Below, in pieces: positions 1 to 12,855 of a stretch of 64,000 bases of DNA. Numbering within the stretch: position 1 is the stretch's first letter; the number at the start of each line of letters is the position of its first letter. This DNA comes from the human T2T-CHM13v2.0 reference genome, Homo sapiens. The stretch lies in assembly GCF_009914755.1 (NCBI RefSeq), contig NC_060936.1; one strand, 5' to 3'. Both the position numbers and the translations under genes were made by a program. Below the pieces are notes generated by a model. That model was not told the origin of the DNA. It did not search any database and saw only the letters and a program-made list of their open reading frames with translations.

Positions 1-1306
1 CCAGCAAATGCACTAAGAAAATAAAGTCTGTTTTCTATAGGAGATAGCAGCAGAACATAGGTTATAAGCAGTCACACTATGCGAACAATTAGTTTCTTCA
101 CAACTCAAAGAGAGGAAAGGCATTATACTAAACCTCTATTGAGCTTCGGGTGCCCCAAACTAACAGGCATATTGCATTTTACATGGATGGATTTGTTACC
201 ACAATCATGACCAAAGAGCAGTTACAAGGCATCCTCTTGTGGTACTAGTACAAAACAAATAGAGAATGTGGCCTTTACCCTAGAGCAGCTTGCTGAAGTC
301 TCTTCTAAGGTCTGCCACTTCTAGATCACGGCTCTTGTCACAAAACAATGATATGGAACTTGACACAAGTAAAGAAAACAAAGGAAAACAGGCCACCAAA
401 TAACTACCATATAACCAGCTAAAATAGAATAATTACAAAGTGAACAGGGACACAGAAGAGGAAGAATATAAACAGTTTCCTGATTAGTGCCACAGTGTGG
501 CATGGCTAGAGCACTAAGAAACAACTAAAGCTAACAAACCGGTTTGGCACAGAACCAAGAGGGAGGGTTGTTCTTTCTCAGTTAACCTTTATATTGGTGG
601 TGCACCTAAGAGATAGCATCGCATCAGCAATAGCTCATAATAAAAAAAAAATCATGGAATGAAATTGATGTATGCTCAGGATCAGAAGAACCAACAATAT
701 TTGGCCATTAGCAGTTTAGTCACATGTACACAAAGATTATATCACATACAAACACTTAGTCTAAGTCATATATCACCAAGCTAACAGAAAAAGAATAGCA
801 ATTCCAAACATTTTGCAAAAAATTAAACTTTGCAAAAAATTAAATTAGTAAAAAAAAGAACCATGCAATTTTACATGTTTGGTGCTTGTTTTCAAGCTGC
901 TACCAAATTTAGAAAATCACTTCCCTTTATAACAAAGGGCTTTCAGAATCTAAATATCAAATGAAATTCTAGCATTTAGAGTTTATTAGACACATGCAAT
1001 CACATTCAATGAAATTATGAGTGAGCTACAAAATGGAAAATTAAGAACTCACCATGATAAAACCTCAAATACATCTCAGAATAAATTCAACCTTTTTAGT
1101 TTAACATCTATATCTTTATCAACTTTTTAATGCAGAAGGACCCATTAAACACTTAGGTAATAAAATTCAGTGTTCTATGCTAAACGAAGAGAATTTTATA
1201 GTCCACATCATGATTTATAGTTACATTATCACATTTCTTCCACAATGCTTACATTACTTCACATTATAATAATTATTAAGCTATTGATATGAAGCAGAAC
1301 ACTTCC

Positions 1307-1669
<363 letters not shown>

Positions 1670-1803
1670 GGCCGGGCGCTGGGCGGGAGGCGGGAGCGAG
1701 CGTGCTAGCCAAGCATGTGGGCCGCGCTGAGGCTTGACGAGGCCGGCGTCCCTTTTCCTGAGGCACGTGCGCCGCCGCCGCCATCATGCCGTGCGCGCCG
1801 CCC
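1670..1803. promoter_or_regulatory. Mini CpG-rich patch derived from the BRWD1 5'UTR
   Basis: About 20 CpGs in ~133 bp; GC box GGGCGG at 1681, E-box CACGTG at 1764-1769, CCGCCAT (YY1-like) at ~1778. Confidence 0.45.
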
Positions 1804-2947
1804 TAATGCTTTTTTTTTCACATTAGAATCAACTGGGAAGCTTTTATTTTTCTCCCAGATTTATTGAGATATACTTAATAGATATAAAATGTAAAATTCT
1901 ATAATTTTTTTAAAAAATCAGTATTTTCTTAAAATTTCAATGTTATGTCCCTGAAACAAGAACGATCTCAGTCATCTTTGACTATGCTTTCTCCTCAGCC
2001 CCTCTATCTAAGTAGTTTCTGCTCATTCTTATCTCCACTATCACGATCATATGACCTCTAATGTTTTTAAATCATCATTGTCCTCATCTACTATTTCATT
2101 ATCAGTAGTACAGCTTCTATATGAAAGGTAGGACAAGTGCTTGATTCTTTCTCATTAGTTATCATCTTCATTGCCTTTCAGCTGATTTATTCTGGCAGAA
2201 TTCTGACTTCTACCATTCTTTTGCCCTTCCAATTTATATGACATGTAGCTATCAGATTACTCTTTTCGATGCACAGGTCTGACCAATTGCTATTACCCAA
2301 TTATGTTCAAAGCAGTCAAGACATTCCTTATAACCAAATGTGACTCTACCTTTCATCTGTATTTCCAAAGTACTTTTAAATTACACTTCTAAAGACAATT
2401 TAAATTTTTTGCTGCGATATTTTTTGATATAGATTAGGCTATATATGATTAGTGGACCATATTTTAGAATTAAAGCCAAAATTCTAGTGGCCACAGACTA
2501 CAAAACCAGTTAAATACCGCTTCTTATGGAAGTCTTAACAAGGTTTATTTCTTTCTGGGCTTACAATGGTAATCATTTATGCTTGGTGAGAATGCAATTT
2601 GTTAATGAATGGACTTGAGCATTTTAACAGCCTAGATAATCAATTTTTATTCAGATGGTGTTACTTTCCTAGAGTTATTTGCAACACAAACAACAAAACA
2701 TGTCATAATAAATAAAACAGTACATCATTAATTTTTTGGTGGAAAAATCTGTTTGGCTCAGGTTTTTTTCTTACGACAGTAATGCTTGCTATAAAAGTCT
2801 AATAATATAGAAATGTGGAAAGTCAATTGTGAAAGTCTCCCTTCACGAATCTCACAGTCGACCATTAATAATTAGATTTGTATCCTTTAACATTTTTTTC
2901 TATGTACATACAGGCATTTGAAATAAAGGAGCCCTTTATGTTATTTC

Positions 2948-3360
2948 TGTTACAGAACCAGGAAGATCCGGATAAAGACACTGTCTGCAGTCTACTCAGA
3001 TGCCCTTTGAGTCTATGCGCTGTTTCTGGGCTCATCCTCCAGCCTCAACGTGTTTGCTGTAAGTCTGTCTGTCCTTGGGCTCCTGGAGGAGTTTTGCAGT
3101 GCACAGGGGATGGAAGTACTTGGGAATTGATGTCCCACTAGATCAGTCTGTAGTCAATGACTGGTGCATGAAGAATTCACCTCCAGAGCTCTTCTGGGAT
3201 TTGGCTGAGGCTGGGACTTTGTCTCAAATTGCACCCTTGTTTGATTTCCTCTTCCCTGTCCTATTGGCCCTCCTCTCTACAAGTTTCTTTGCAGCACTTT
3301 CTTCCTATCACCTGCATATAAATCCTTGTCTCAGGGTCTGCTGGTGGGAAACTCAGCACA
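2948..3360 (+). mobile_element. ERVL solo LTR, LTR16 family
   Basis: 3' portion GGGATTTGGCTGAGGCTGGGACTTTG...AATCCTTGTCTCAGGGTCTGCT resembles the LTR16 consensus. Confidence 0.7.
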
Positions 3361-3739
3361 GGGAAAGTACACAAAGAACTGAACAAAACTGACATACTTA
3401 AGGGAGAATCTGTGACTCTGTTTCAATTTGTCTTCAACTAAATGACCTCAGGCCTTAGATAGGGCCATTGAAATTTCCCTATTAGAAATGCGGTTACACA
3501 TTTAAGACCCTTAAAATTATAAAAAGAGATTTTAAGTAGTGATAATTAAGACTCAACACCAAACATAGTGTATAGTTTTATAACTGTTCTGTTATCTGAC
3601 TTTTACTAAAGAAACAAATAAAACCACTTCTCATTATCAAGGTCCTCCAACTACTTGCAATGCAGCGGGAGGCAACTTTATAACACAAAGCAGTAGAAAA
3701 AAATTATTAAAAAGTGATAGTGTATAATTAGATTCACAT

Positions 3740-4630
3740 GACTTATGTTGTAGACATTTAGAAAAGTGGATAAGAATTCTGTTCTGAAGTTACCAGGAAA
3801 TGCTTCACTGCAAAGTTGAAATTGAAATTGAGTCCAGAAAGCTGTAGCACCTAGATAATGGAAAGTCAAACATTCTGAATACTTGGTGTGCTTTGGGGAA
3901 AGAAGGTGGCATTAGGGGGAATTCTTTGACTAAAGCAAAAGGTATGGGTCCAGGAATTATGTTCTAATGGGGTTCTATCCGGTTGGATAGGCAAGGTAGG
4001 GTCAGATAATGAATGGACCATCTCAAATGCTGGGCTAAGTAATTTGGGCTTGATTAGAAAGGCTGCAGTGAAAAAGCATACATTTTTAAGCAAATGGTGT
4101 GTTACTGGAGGTTCTGTAAAGACTTACTTAGCTTTAGTGTCAGAGAATTAACTGTGACAGACAGAGGCTGAAAATGTGTTGGAAACTGCAAGTCTGTACA
4201 AGAATAAAACTCTAGATTTGAGGGAATGGCAATGTAGAAATGAACACTAGCGATCATAACAAGAAAAGATGGTACTGATTATTAGGGGAGGAATAGAGAA
4301 AAGACTCAAAAATAGGTCTAAGGTTTAAGCTTGAGTGACTTGGAAAATGTAATGGAAAACAATGAAGCTGAACTTAAAGCAAGAAAAGTTTATTCAGGTG
4401 GGAATGTGCCTCAGTTTGATTTTTGGACACTTAGAATTAAAGCAGGGTGTTCTGATGGAAATGTCCTGGAAATATGGAACAAGGCTGACTGAAAAATTAG
4501 TGTTGGAGATACAAAGTTTGGATTGGTAGACATGAGAACTTAAGCAATGGAAATAGATGCATTCTTAAGAATGGAAATATAATATAGAGAGAAAATAACT
4601 GAAAATGGGAAATTAAGACCACTAGAGTTA
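3740..4630 (-). mobile_element. L2 LINE fragment(s)
   Basis: Purine-rich L2 antisense motifs (AGGTTTAAGCTTGAGTGACTTGG, TTTTGGACACTTAG, TTGGAGATACAAAGTTTGG). Confidence 0.65.
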
Positions 4631-6069
4631 TGTTTAAAGATTTCATTACATCTGAATGGAAATTGGAGGATATATGCTAGTTTACCCAAAAGACAGCCTG
4701 TTTTGTTAATTTAACACTATACCAAGCTAGGAAAGATAACCTCTTTCTCCATGGATCCTCCATTGAACTTTGGCTCTTTAGAATTCCCTCATTCCTTCTT
4801 TGGGAAAGTGGAATGGGAAAGTCAAGGGTGCGAGGGGAGAATAGGTGACATCTCCTGGATTTTCTCCTCCTATTCCACCCCATCCCCCCACTCTATTTTC
4901 TACATACTTAGATTTGGGGTAAATTCTCATTGTATTTCTATGTCAAGACCTGAATCCCTCTGGATGGGGGTAGTATATTATGTCAGTGGACAGTTAAACT
5001 CATCATCTTTTTTATTTCTTTTTGTTTTTTTTTTAATCTGATGACTGAAGACAGCATCTCTCTTTCTGTTTCAAAAGACCTAGTAAAGAGTAATGAGAAA
5101 AATTTGAGAGGGCCCAGGGGATGCATATCTATAGATATTTCACACCACACTCAGGCAGCTTATTGTCTTTAGTTCCAGTAAAAATAGACCATTGGGAACA
5201 AATTCAAAATCTGTGGAATCTGGTGTTAATGTGAAGTGACTCTTGCTCTTGCAAAGAAATATGCTTTAGAACTCTTCTCTAGAACTCAGATGTTTTATGA
5301 ATGGTGATGAGGATAATGAAGCTAATAATTATAAATAATAATCCTATGTGTTAGAAATTGTCTCCTTGATGATACAATTGTTCCTCTACTCTTCTCACAT
5401 TTTAATTAGAACATGCCGCTGCTTTAAATTGGGAAGAGGCAGTAGTCTGATAAGACAACACATATTAGCACTGTCCCCACTTCATACCCTCTTGGTTACA
5501 GCCACCATGCCACTGGCCTTCTTCAGTTTCAAACTAGATTAATTTTCAAGAGGAAGATTTCCTAGGTAGCTCTTGGATCCAGAAATAAACTGGCAACTGG
5601 TAAAATTCTTGTTGTAACTTCCACTGCAATTTCAGCATAACTCTGTAGCAAAGGTTGTGTCACTTGAGAGAATACAGTGACCCACAGGGAAATTTCAAAA
5701 ATTTAGACCACTCTGATAGAACAAAGCCTTTTCAACCCTGCAATCAATGGCCGTTTAAAAAAAACAAGTACACAATTTAGATTGTCACTCAAGGACTAAA
5801 ATACTAAGGAGATGATTTTAGATCTGTAATGTCTTCCTATAAGTTATATAATAATAACTTAAAAAGAGTAAGCAGGGTGTACTTTTTTATTTCTCTTGGG
5901 GAAGAACATAGTGAATCAATAATTACAGTTATTGGTAAAGTATAGAAAAAGTTTAGCATATAGAGTAACATTTACATTTGTCTCTTTCATTCAAATATCC
6001 TCTATTGACAAAGACATTTTTGGTTGTGAAGGGGAAGGGAGAGTTTGGGGGAAACAGAAAGAGCTTGAG

Positions 6070-6260
6070 ATTACTGTGAGTTCTGAACTCAAATTCCCAC
6101 TTTGCCACTTTCTGGCTTTGTGGCCTTGAATAAAATATTTACTCAGATTTTTCTTCCTTTTATTTCTTGGTCTGTAAAATGAGGACCAATAATGATTGCT
6201 TAACAAGGTTTATGCAGATTAACTAAATGTACTTGGCACATAATAGATGCCTAGTAAAAA
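6070..6260 (+). mobile_element. MIR SINE
   Basis: MIR core TGTGGCCTTG...CTGTAAAATGAGG...CTTGGCACATAATAGATGC. Confidence 0.7.
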
Positions 6261-6852
6261 GAGAATATCCCTTTACTTGCAGTTGTGAAAGTTCGTATGA
6301 CATAATTGTATGACTTCTTCTTTTAATAATTCCCCATTTCAAAATCTCAGCTAGTGAAAACATCCAAGGATAAAAGAGCTAAGGAATCAACATTTGTTTA
6401 TTTTATAGCTGTAATATCACACAACAAATATGCAGTGATTTTTGGTGCGTGATCTTCAAAAAAAATGAAAAAGTGTGAACTAGCAAAAAGTCTCACTATA
6501 TCTGCTACTTAGTTTTTAAGCTGGGTTTTGAGTTATCTAAGCTACTATAGAAAATGTTCTGAAATTGAGGATTTTTGTAAGAGCCACACAAACTCCTTTT
6601 GTAGTTTAAGTGGGTCCTCCCAGTTTTCATTGTAAGATTGAAACTCAGGTGCTGAGGCTGCCTGGTACTTTACCTATACCTAACCTATATTATTATTGTT
6701 CTGTTGGGAGAGTGGTTTAGAAATATAAAATATAGTAGAAAAAGCATTGGTTTCTAGACAAGGCATCCAAATGCATTTCTTGCTTTGTTACTAACTAAAT
6801 TATGTAATTGATCTTTACTTCTTTGGGCCTAAATTCCTTGTTGGTTCTATAT

Positions 6853-7033
6853 CAGCAGTTCTCAGATGCTGGTCTCAGGACTTGGACTTCATTAGAATTA
6901 CCAGGGATATATCTTTAAAATCACATTTCCGAACCTACCTTCCACCTTCTGAATCGCTAGGAATGGGGTCAGGAATCTAGGGTTAACAAGCTCTGTAGGT
7001 GCTTCTGAGTAGTAACTGGGTTTAGAAACCAGT
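6853..7033. mobile_element. MER5A-like hAT-Charlie MITE
   Basis: Ends CAGCAGTTCTCA ... TAGAAACCAGTG; internal CTGAATC...GGAATCT...AACAAGCTC. Confidence 0.65.
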
Positions 7034-7619
7034 GAAGTCTTTCCAAATCTTCCTTGCCTGCAGATTTGAAGTCTCTTTCAGATTTTTTACTTTCAACTAG
7101 GCTTTTAAGTACTATGGAGGTGGTTGCTCTCCCAGCCTTCAAGTGACAATCTGGGCTATAGGAGAAGCTTAATAAAAAAACAATTTTGTGAATCAAGTAA
7201 TTTGATTTCCTTGTTGGCATTGAATTCTCTCCTTGGGTAGCCTCCAACTTTCTCAGATATCAATTCTTTCTCAGTTCTTAAGAGAAACAAATTAGCTTTA
7301 AAGAATTGTTGCTTAAAGTTTTCCCAAATACATAAGTATTAAAAGTGTATGGCAGTATTCATAACCGATTGTATTACTCCTAATGATATCGTGCCTTGAC
7401 TTGATTTAGCCCCTGTTCCGATCACATATACCTGTTAAAAATTGCTTTTCAATTGCCTTTGGTTGGAAATGATGTGTTTAATTGATTTTGGGAACTGATT
7501 CTATCCTATTAATCTTTGACATGCTATGGTATTAAGTTTTTTAAGCTCTCAAAAGGATAGCTTAAAAAATAAGCTCTTATTGTAGAATATTTAGGGAGCA
7601 TAAAAAATTATAAGGAGAA

Positions 7620-7917
7620 GGCTGGGGCGGTGGCTCAGGCCTGTAATCCCAGCACTTTGGGAGGCTGAGGTGGGTGGATCACGAGGTCAGGAGGTCAAGA
7701 CCAGCCTGGCCAACATGGTGAAACCCCATCTCTACTAAAAACTACAAAAATTAGCTGGGCACAGTGGCAGGTGCCTGTAATCCCAGCTACTCGGTAGGCT
7801 GAGGCAGGAGAATTGCTTGAACCCAGGTGGCAAGGTTGCAGTGAGCCGAGATCACGCCACTGCACTCCAGCCTGGGTGACAGAGTGAGACTCCGTTTCAA
7901 AAAAAAAGAAAAAAAAA
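7620..7917 (+). mobile_element. Alu, S subfamily (Sg-like), full length
   Basis: Dimeric Alu with GGATCACGAGGTC and poly(A); TSD AAAAAATTA(T/C)AAGGAGAA on both sides. Confidence 0.95.
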
Positions 7918-8613
7918 TTACAAGGAGAAAAATGGAAATTACCCATAATCTCATTACTCAGAAACAACATTCAATATTTCAGCACATTTTTTCTAGTTAT
8001 ACAAGCATACAAAAAATAAATATTTGGGATATTTTCCAAATATGTAATTTTAATTATTCTTTTTCCACTTAACATTTTATATTGAACATTTTCGTATGTT
8101 ATTTTTCTTAAAAACAAACAGTTTTAATGGTTATATACTATTTCTATAATATGAATAGACCATAATTCATGCAATCACCTTCTCATTTTTATATGTAGAT
8201 GGTTTTTAACTTACTGCTCTTATAATAATGCTATAATGAACATTTCCAGAAATGATTCTTATCTGCATTTCTTACTATTACCTTGGCATTTTCTCCTAAA
8301 CAAGAATTACTGAAACAATCTGAATTTTTAAAGGTTCTTAATATGTATTATAAACTACTTTTCAGAAAATTAAAAAAAATCAATAACAGGACTGAATGAG
8401 TCCATTTTTCTTAATACTATTTTTAATAGTTATTGTCATTGAAAACAATCTTTGCTAATTGAAATTCTTGGTGTTCATAACTTGCTTTTCATTAAACATT
8501 AGTGAAGTTGAAGAGTTTCCTTACTTGAGTCAATTATATGTCTTATACTGTAAATTGTCTTATAGTCTTTTTCCATCTTTTCCTATTAGATGGTTAAAGC
8601 TTTTATGTGTTAA

Positions 8614-8958
<345 letters not shown>

Positions 8959-9334
8959 TAGTTGGCTAGTAGATTTTTAATTTATTTGTGATGATGACAA
9001 TATTTAATGGTATTAGGAATATTATGTTATTATACTATAGTCCACTATACATAAAGACTTATCTATGGTAAAAAGAGGTGGAAAATCCAGATAGTACAGA
9101 TCTTTAGTACATTTTAAATTTGTTTACGTGATTCACATGGCTTGACTTTTGACAAACATATGCCTCCTAGAGCTAAAAGAGTCCTCATAGATTGTTTCAC
9201 TTCCTCTTTCCTGGTAAGCAGGTCACCATGAAGTAAGAGCATGTCTTATCTTTGCATGTCAAGCATTATTTTGTGTTTCACTTTTATAGGAGAAGAAAAA
9301 GAGACATTATGTCATTCTTCTGATTGTGAATTTA

Positions 9335-9463
9335 ATTAAAATCCTGATTCCTGGATGGTATCGTGGGCCTATTGAATGAGAATCTCTGGAGCTAGAACTG
9401 GAAATCTGCATTTTAACAAATAAGTCTGGTGATTTTTAGCATTCTAACATTGGAGAACTACTG
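9335..9463. mobile_element. MER5-family hAT fragment
   Basis: GAATCTCTGG...ATCTGCATTTTAACAA...GGTGATT...GAGAACTACTG. Confidence 0.6.
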
Positions 9464-10374
9464 GTGCTGGAGAGTTCAGATGACCAATGGTGAATTTTAT
9501 CTCACATTACTAGCTTCTTCAGTTTTCTTCCCCTCAGTGCTCAGGTACTCAATTTGCATAATATTAGATTGTACTCTTTATATATTGGTTCAGAAAGGTT
9601 TTTAAGTGTGTGCTGTGAATCTGAAGCTAGATGGAAACTCACTCAAAGCAGGAATTGTAATACCCGGTTTTTGTTTTTTTAATCTCCTTAGACAACTTTG
9701 CATAGTGCAACAAAGTTATTGACTCATAGAGATTCAAAGTACCAAAGAAAATGAGATACTTAATATTTTAAAAATATAAGCCTATTTTCTGTATGAGAAA
9801 ATGGAGGTAGAGTTTTAAAGTCTTTCAAAGTTTGTCAGGTTTCATGGTTTTTGATTTATTATTTTTTGAGGTTTTGGATGATGAACCTTGACTGATACTA
9901 CTCCAGTGATATTTTTAAAAGTATTTTTATAAGATGTTTTAGAGGTGTCTCTTTTGTAGGAAAGAGACATGAGATAGTAAATTAGAATTTTTATTTAATT
10001 TAATCCAAGAATTTGAGACAGTACCTCTTCACAGAGAATCAAAAAATAGCTTGATTTAATCTGCAGTGTACCTATCTCTGTGCTTAAAACTGTGGATCTA
10101 TTTCAATGGAATGGAACACGATCCTTATCCTTGAAGAACTTAACTGTATTTTACTTGCACTTAATTTTTGGCATTGTTTTACATGTTACTTCATATAATT
10201 TTACACTCTATAATTATATTTCTGGAACATTTGCATTGCTCTCATCTGCTTTAATAATGCTATTGCTGATTTATATTCATATATAATATCATGTTCTTTT
10301 CAAAGCCTATTTATGTATATGGTTCTAGGAGAGCCTCAAGAACTTAGTATAATATTAATAGAATTTTTTGAGTG

Positions 10375-10585
10375 TTTGATTCATGTGTGACTCTGAGCTT
10401 CACATGAATCCCATCACCGAATTATCACAACAATTCTATAAAGTAGGCTGTGTTATTATCATCTCCTATTTACCAGGTGTGAAAACAGAGCTGAACAAAG
10501 TTATTTTAAGAGCTGCAGTCTGACTCAAGAGCATACAGTTTACCTTAAGATCCCCTAGTCTAAACCATTAAACACACTGCCTCCT
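10375..10585 (-). mobile_element. MIR SINE
   Basis: CACAACAATTCTATAAAGTAGG...TTATTATC...GAAAACAGAG...GTCTGACTC. Confidence 0.6.
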
Positions 10586-11289
10586 CAGCAGCATAGGTAG
10601 TTGCAAAAACAATTGGACAGATAGTCAAATTCTTGTCTACTTATATTGCTCAGATAGAAGGGGGCATATTTGCTGAACTTGCTCTGCAGTACTCAGTAGA
10701 ATATTTTCTGTAGGTTAATATAATCCTTGGATGATAGTCAAAAGGTGATCAGAACCCCCACCCCTGCCCTTGATCTCTCCGAAGCCAGGCAATATATTTT
10801 TATTCAGTTACTTCTTTTAACCTGAAGTCACCAAATAGCATACTACTAAATGTATAAAGCAAAAACTATAAAGCAAAAAAAGAGAGATTCCAATATACAT
10901 ATTCAAAATCAGATCACATAGAGAACACAAAAGTAATGACACAGAAGAAATAAATGTTATAATCAATAACATTGACTACTAGCCAAATACAGAATTTTTC
11001 ATCCTTCAAATAGATAATATTATTTTTTAAATATCTCTGGAATATTCACAAAAATTGATCATGTTCATAGCCAAACAAAAACAAACACAGAAAAACTTAA
11101 AACCAAAAGTGGAGATTTTACAATCCATGTTCTCAAATAGCTATGTAACTCAAAACTTATGAAACATAGTAAAAGTTCGGAAACATTGTACTTAGATGCA
11201 ATTTATAGCTTTAAGTGGCACCATTATTAAGAGATGGCTAAAAATAGGGTTTTTTTGTACTCATCCTAAGAAATTTAAGGACCCATGAA

Positions 11290-11601
<312 letters not shown>

Positions 11602-12734
11602 AAGAAATGTAAGGACCCATAATATAAATCAGAATGTATTAATAAAGATAAAATCAAAAACTTATGAACAAGAAAATAAATGGAAAATCTAGAAAGACTA
11701 AATAAACCTGGAACTTGGTTATTTGATAAGGCTATATAAAATAGATAAATCTCTCATAAGCCTGGTTAAAGGAAAAACAAAAAAGATGCAAAATAAATAA
11801 TAAAATATTAGAAAAAAGAGAAAAATGACAGTAACATGTGGAAGACAGTAAAAGACATGAGAAAATCTTCATGAAACTCGATTGTAACACGATTGATAAC
11901 TTAGAGAAAATGAATATTATACTAAATGTAATTCACTAAAATTGATCTAAAAGAACAACTTTCGTATGCTAAATGCTATATAAAATACTGAAAAATGAAT
12001 AAAAATAAACCATTAAAGAAATTAATAGGACCCGATGTCTTTGTGGCTGAGTTTGATCAAATCCTTAGAGATCATGTAAGCTAAATATTTAAACCTCATA
12101 AAAAGCCAGCATAATCTTAATGCTTAGTAAGGGTAGTGCAGATAAAACACTACAGTCCAACTTCCTGTGAACATAGTGGCAAAAATTCAAATTCAAATAT
12201 AAAGAAATGGAACTCAGCATTGTATCAAAAAAATGGAAACTATAATACACTATCACTAAGTAGGATTAATTCCAGGAATGCAAGAATGGTAGAAAATCAA
12301 GAAAATTATTAGCATGATTTTATATGTTGCAAGAGAAAAATCATGTTTTATCAATAAAGACAAGATTCTTAGAAGGAATTTGTTAAAAATTTTCAGGCAT
12401 TCCTAATAAAAACTATGTAAAATAGGAAAAAGGAAAAAATGCCTTATCTATGATTAAAACCTACCAAAAACCAACAGCAAACAATTAAAATTGTTTGTGC
12501 TAACTATTCACTAATATAAAAAGAAGAAAGCAATATTTACCTTCAATAAGAAAGTAAAATAATTGGTATAAATTTGGAAAAGAGATAAAATGACATCGTA
12601 TTGCAGATAATATACTTCTGTACTTAGAAAACCTAAAAAAAATTCCACTATTATGAATTAGAAGAAGAAAATTTGGTAAGTTGACTGGGTATATAATATT
12701 TCAAAGAACCTAAGATATTATATATTTTAAGATA

Positions 12735-12855
12735 TCTGTTACTTTATGAACCACCAAGAAGGAAAAAACAGTGTCAGAATTAAGAGGTCATTATTATAGA
12801 ATATGTCCCATTTTCAAAGATGTTAAAAATGTGTGTTTCAGAATTGATGATATAA
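12735..12855. mobile_element. TcMar-Tc2 (MER104/Kanga-like) DNA transposon fragment inside L1
   Basis: TTTCAAAGATGTTAAAAATGTGTGTTTCAGAATTGATGA resembles the recalled MER104 terminus. Confidence 0.4.
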
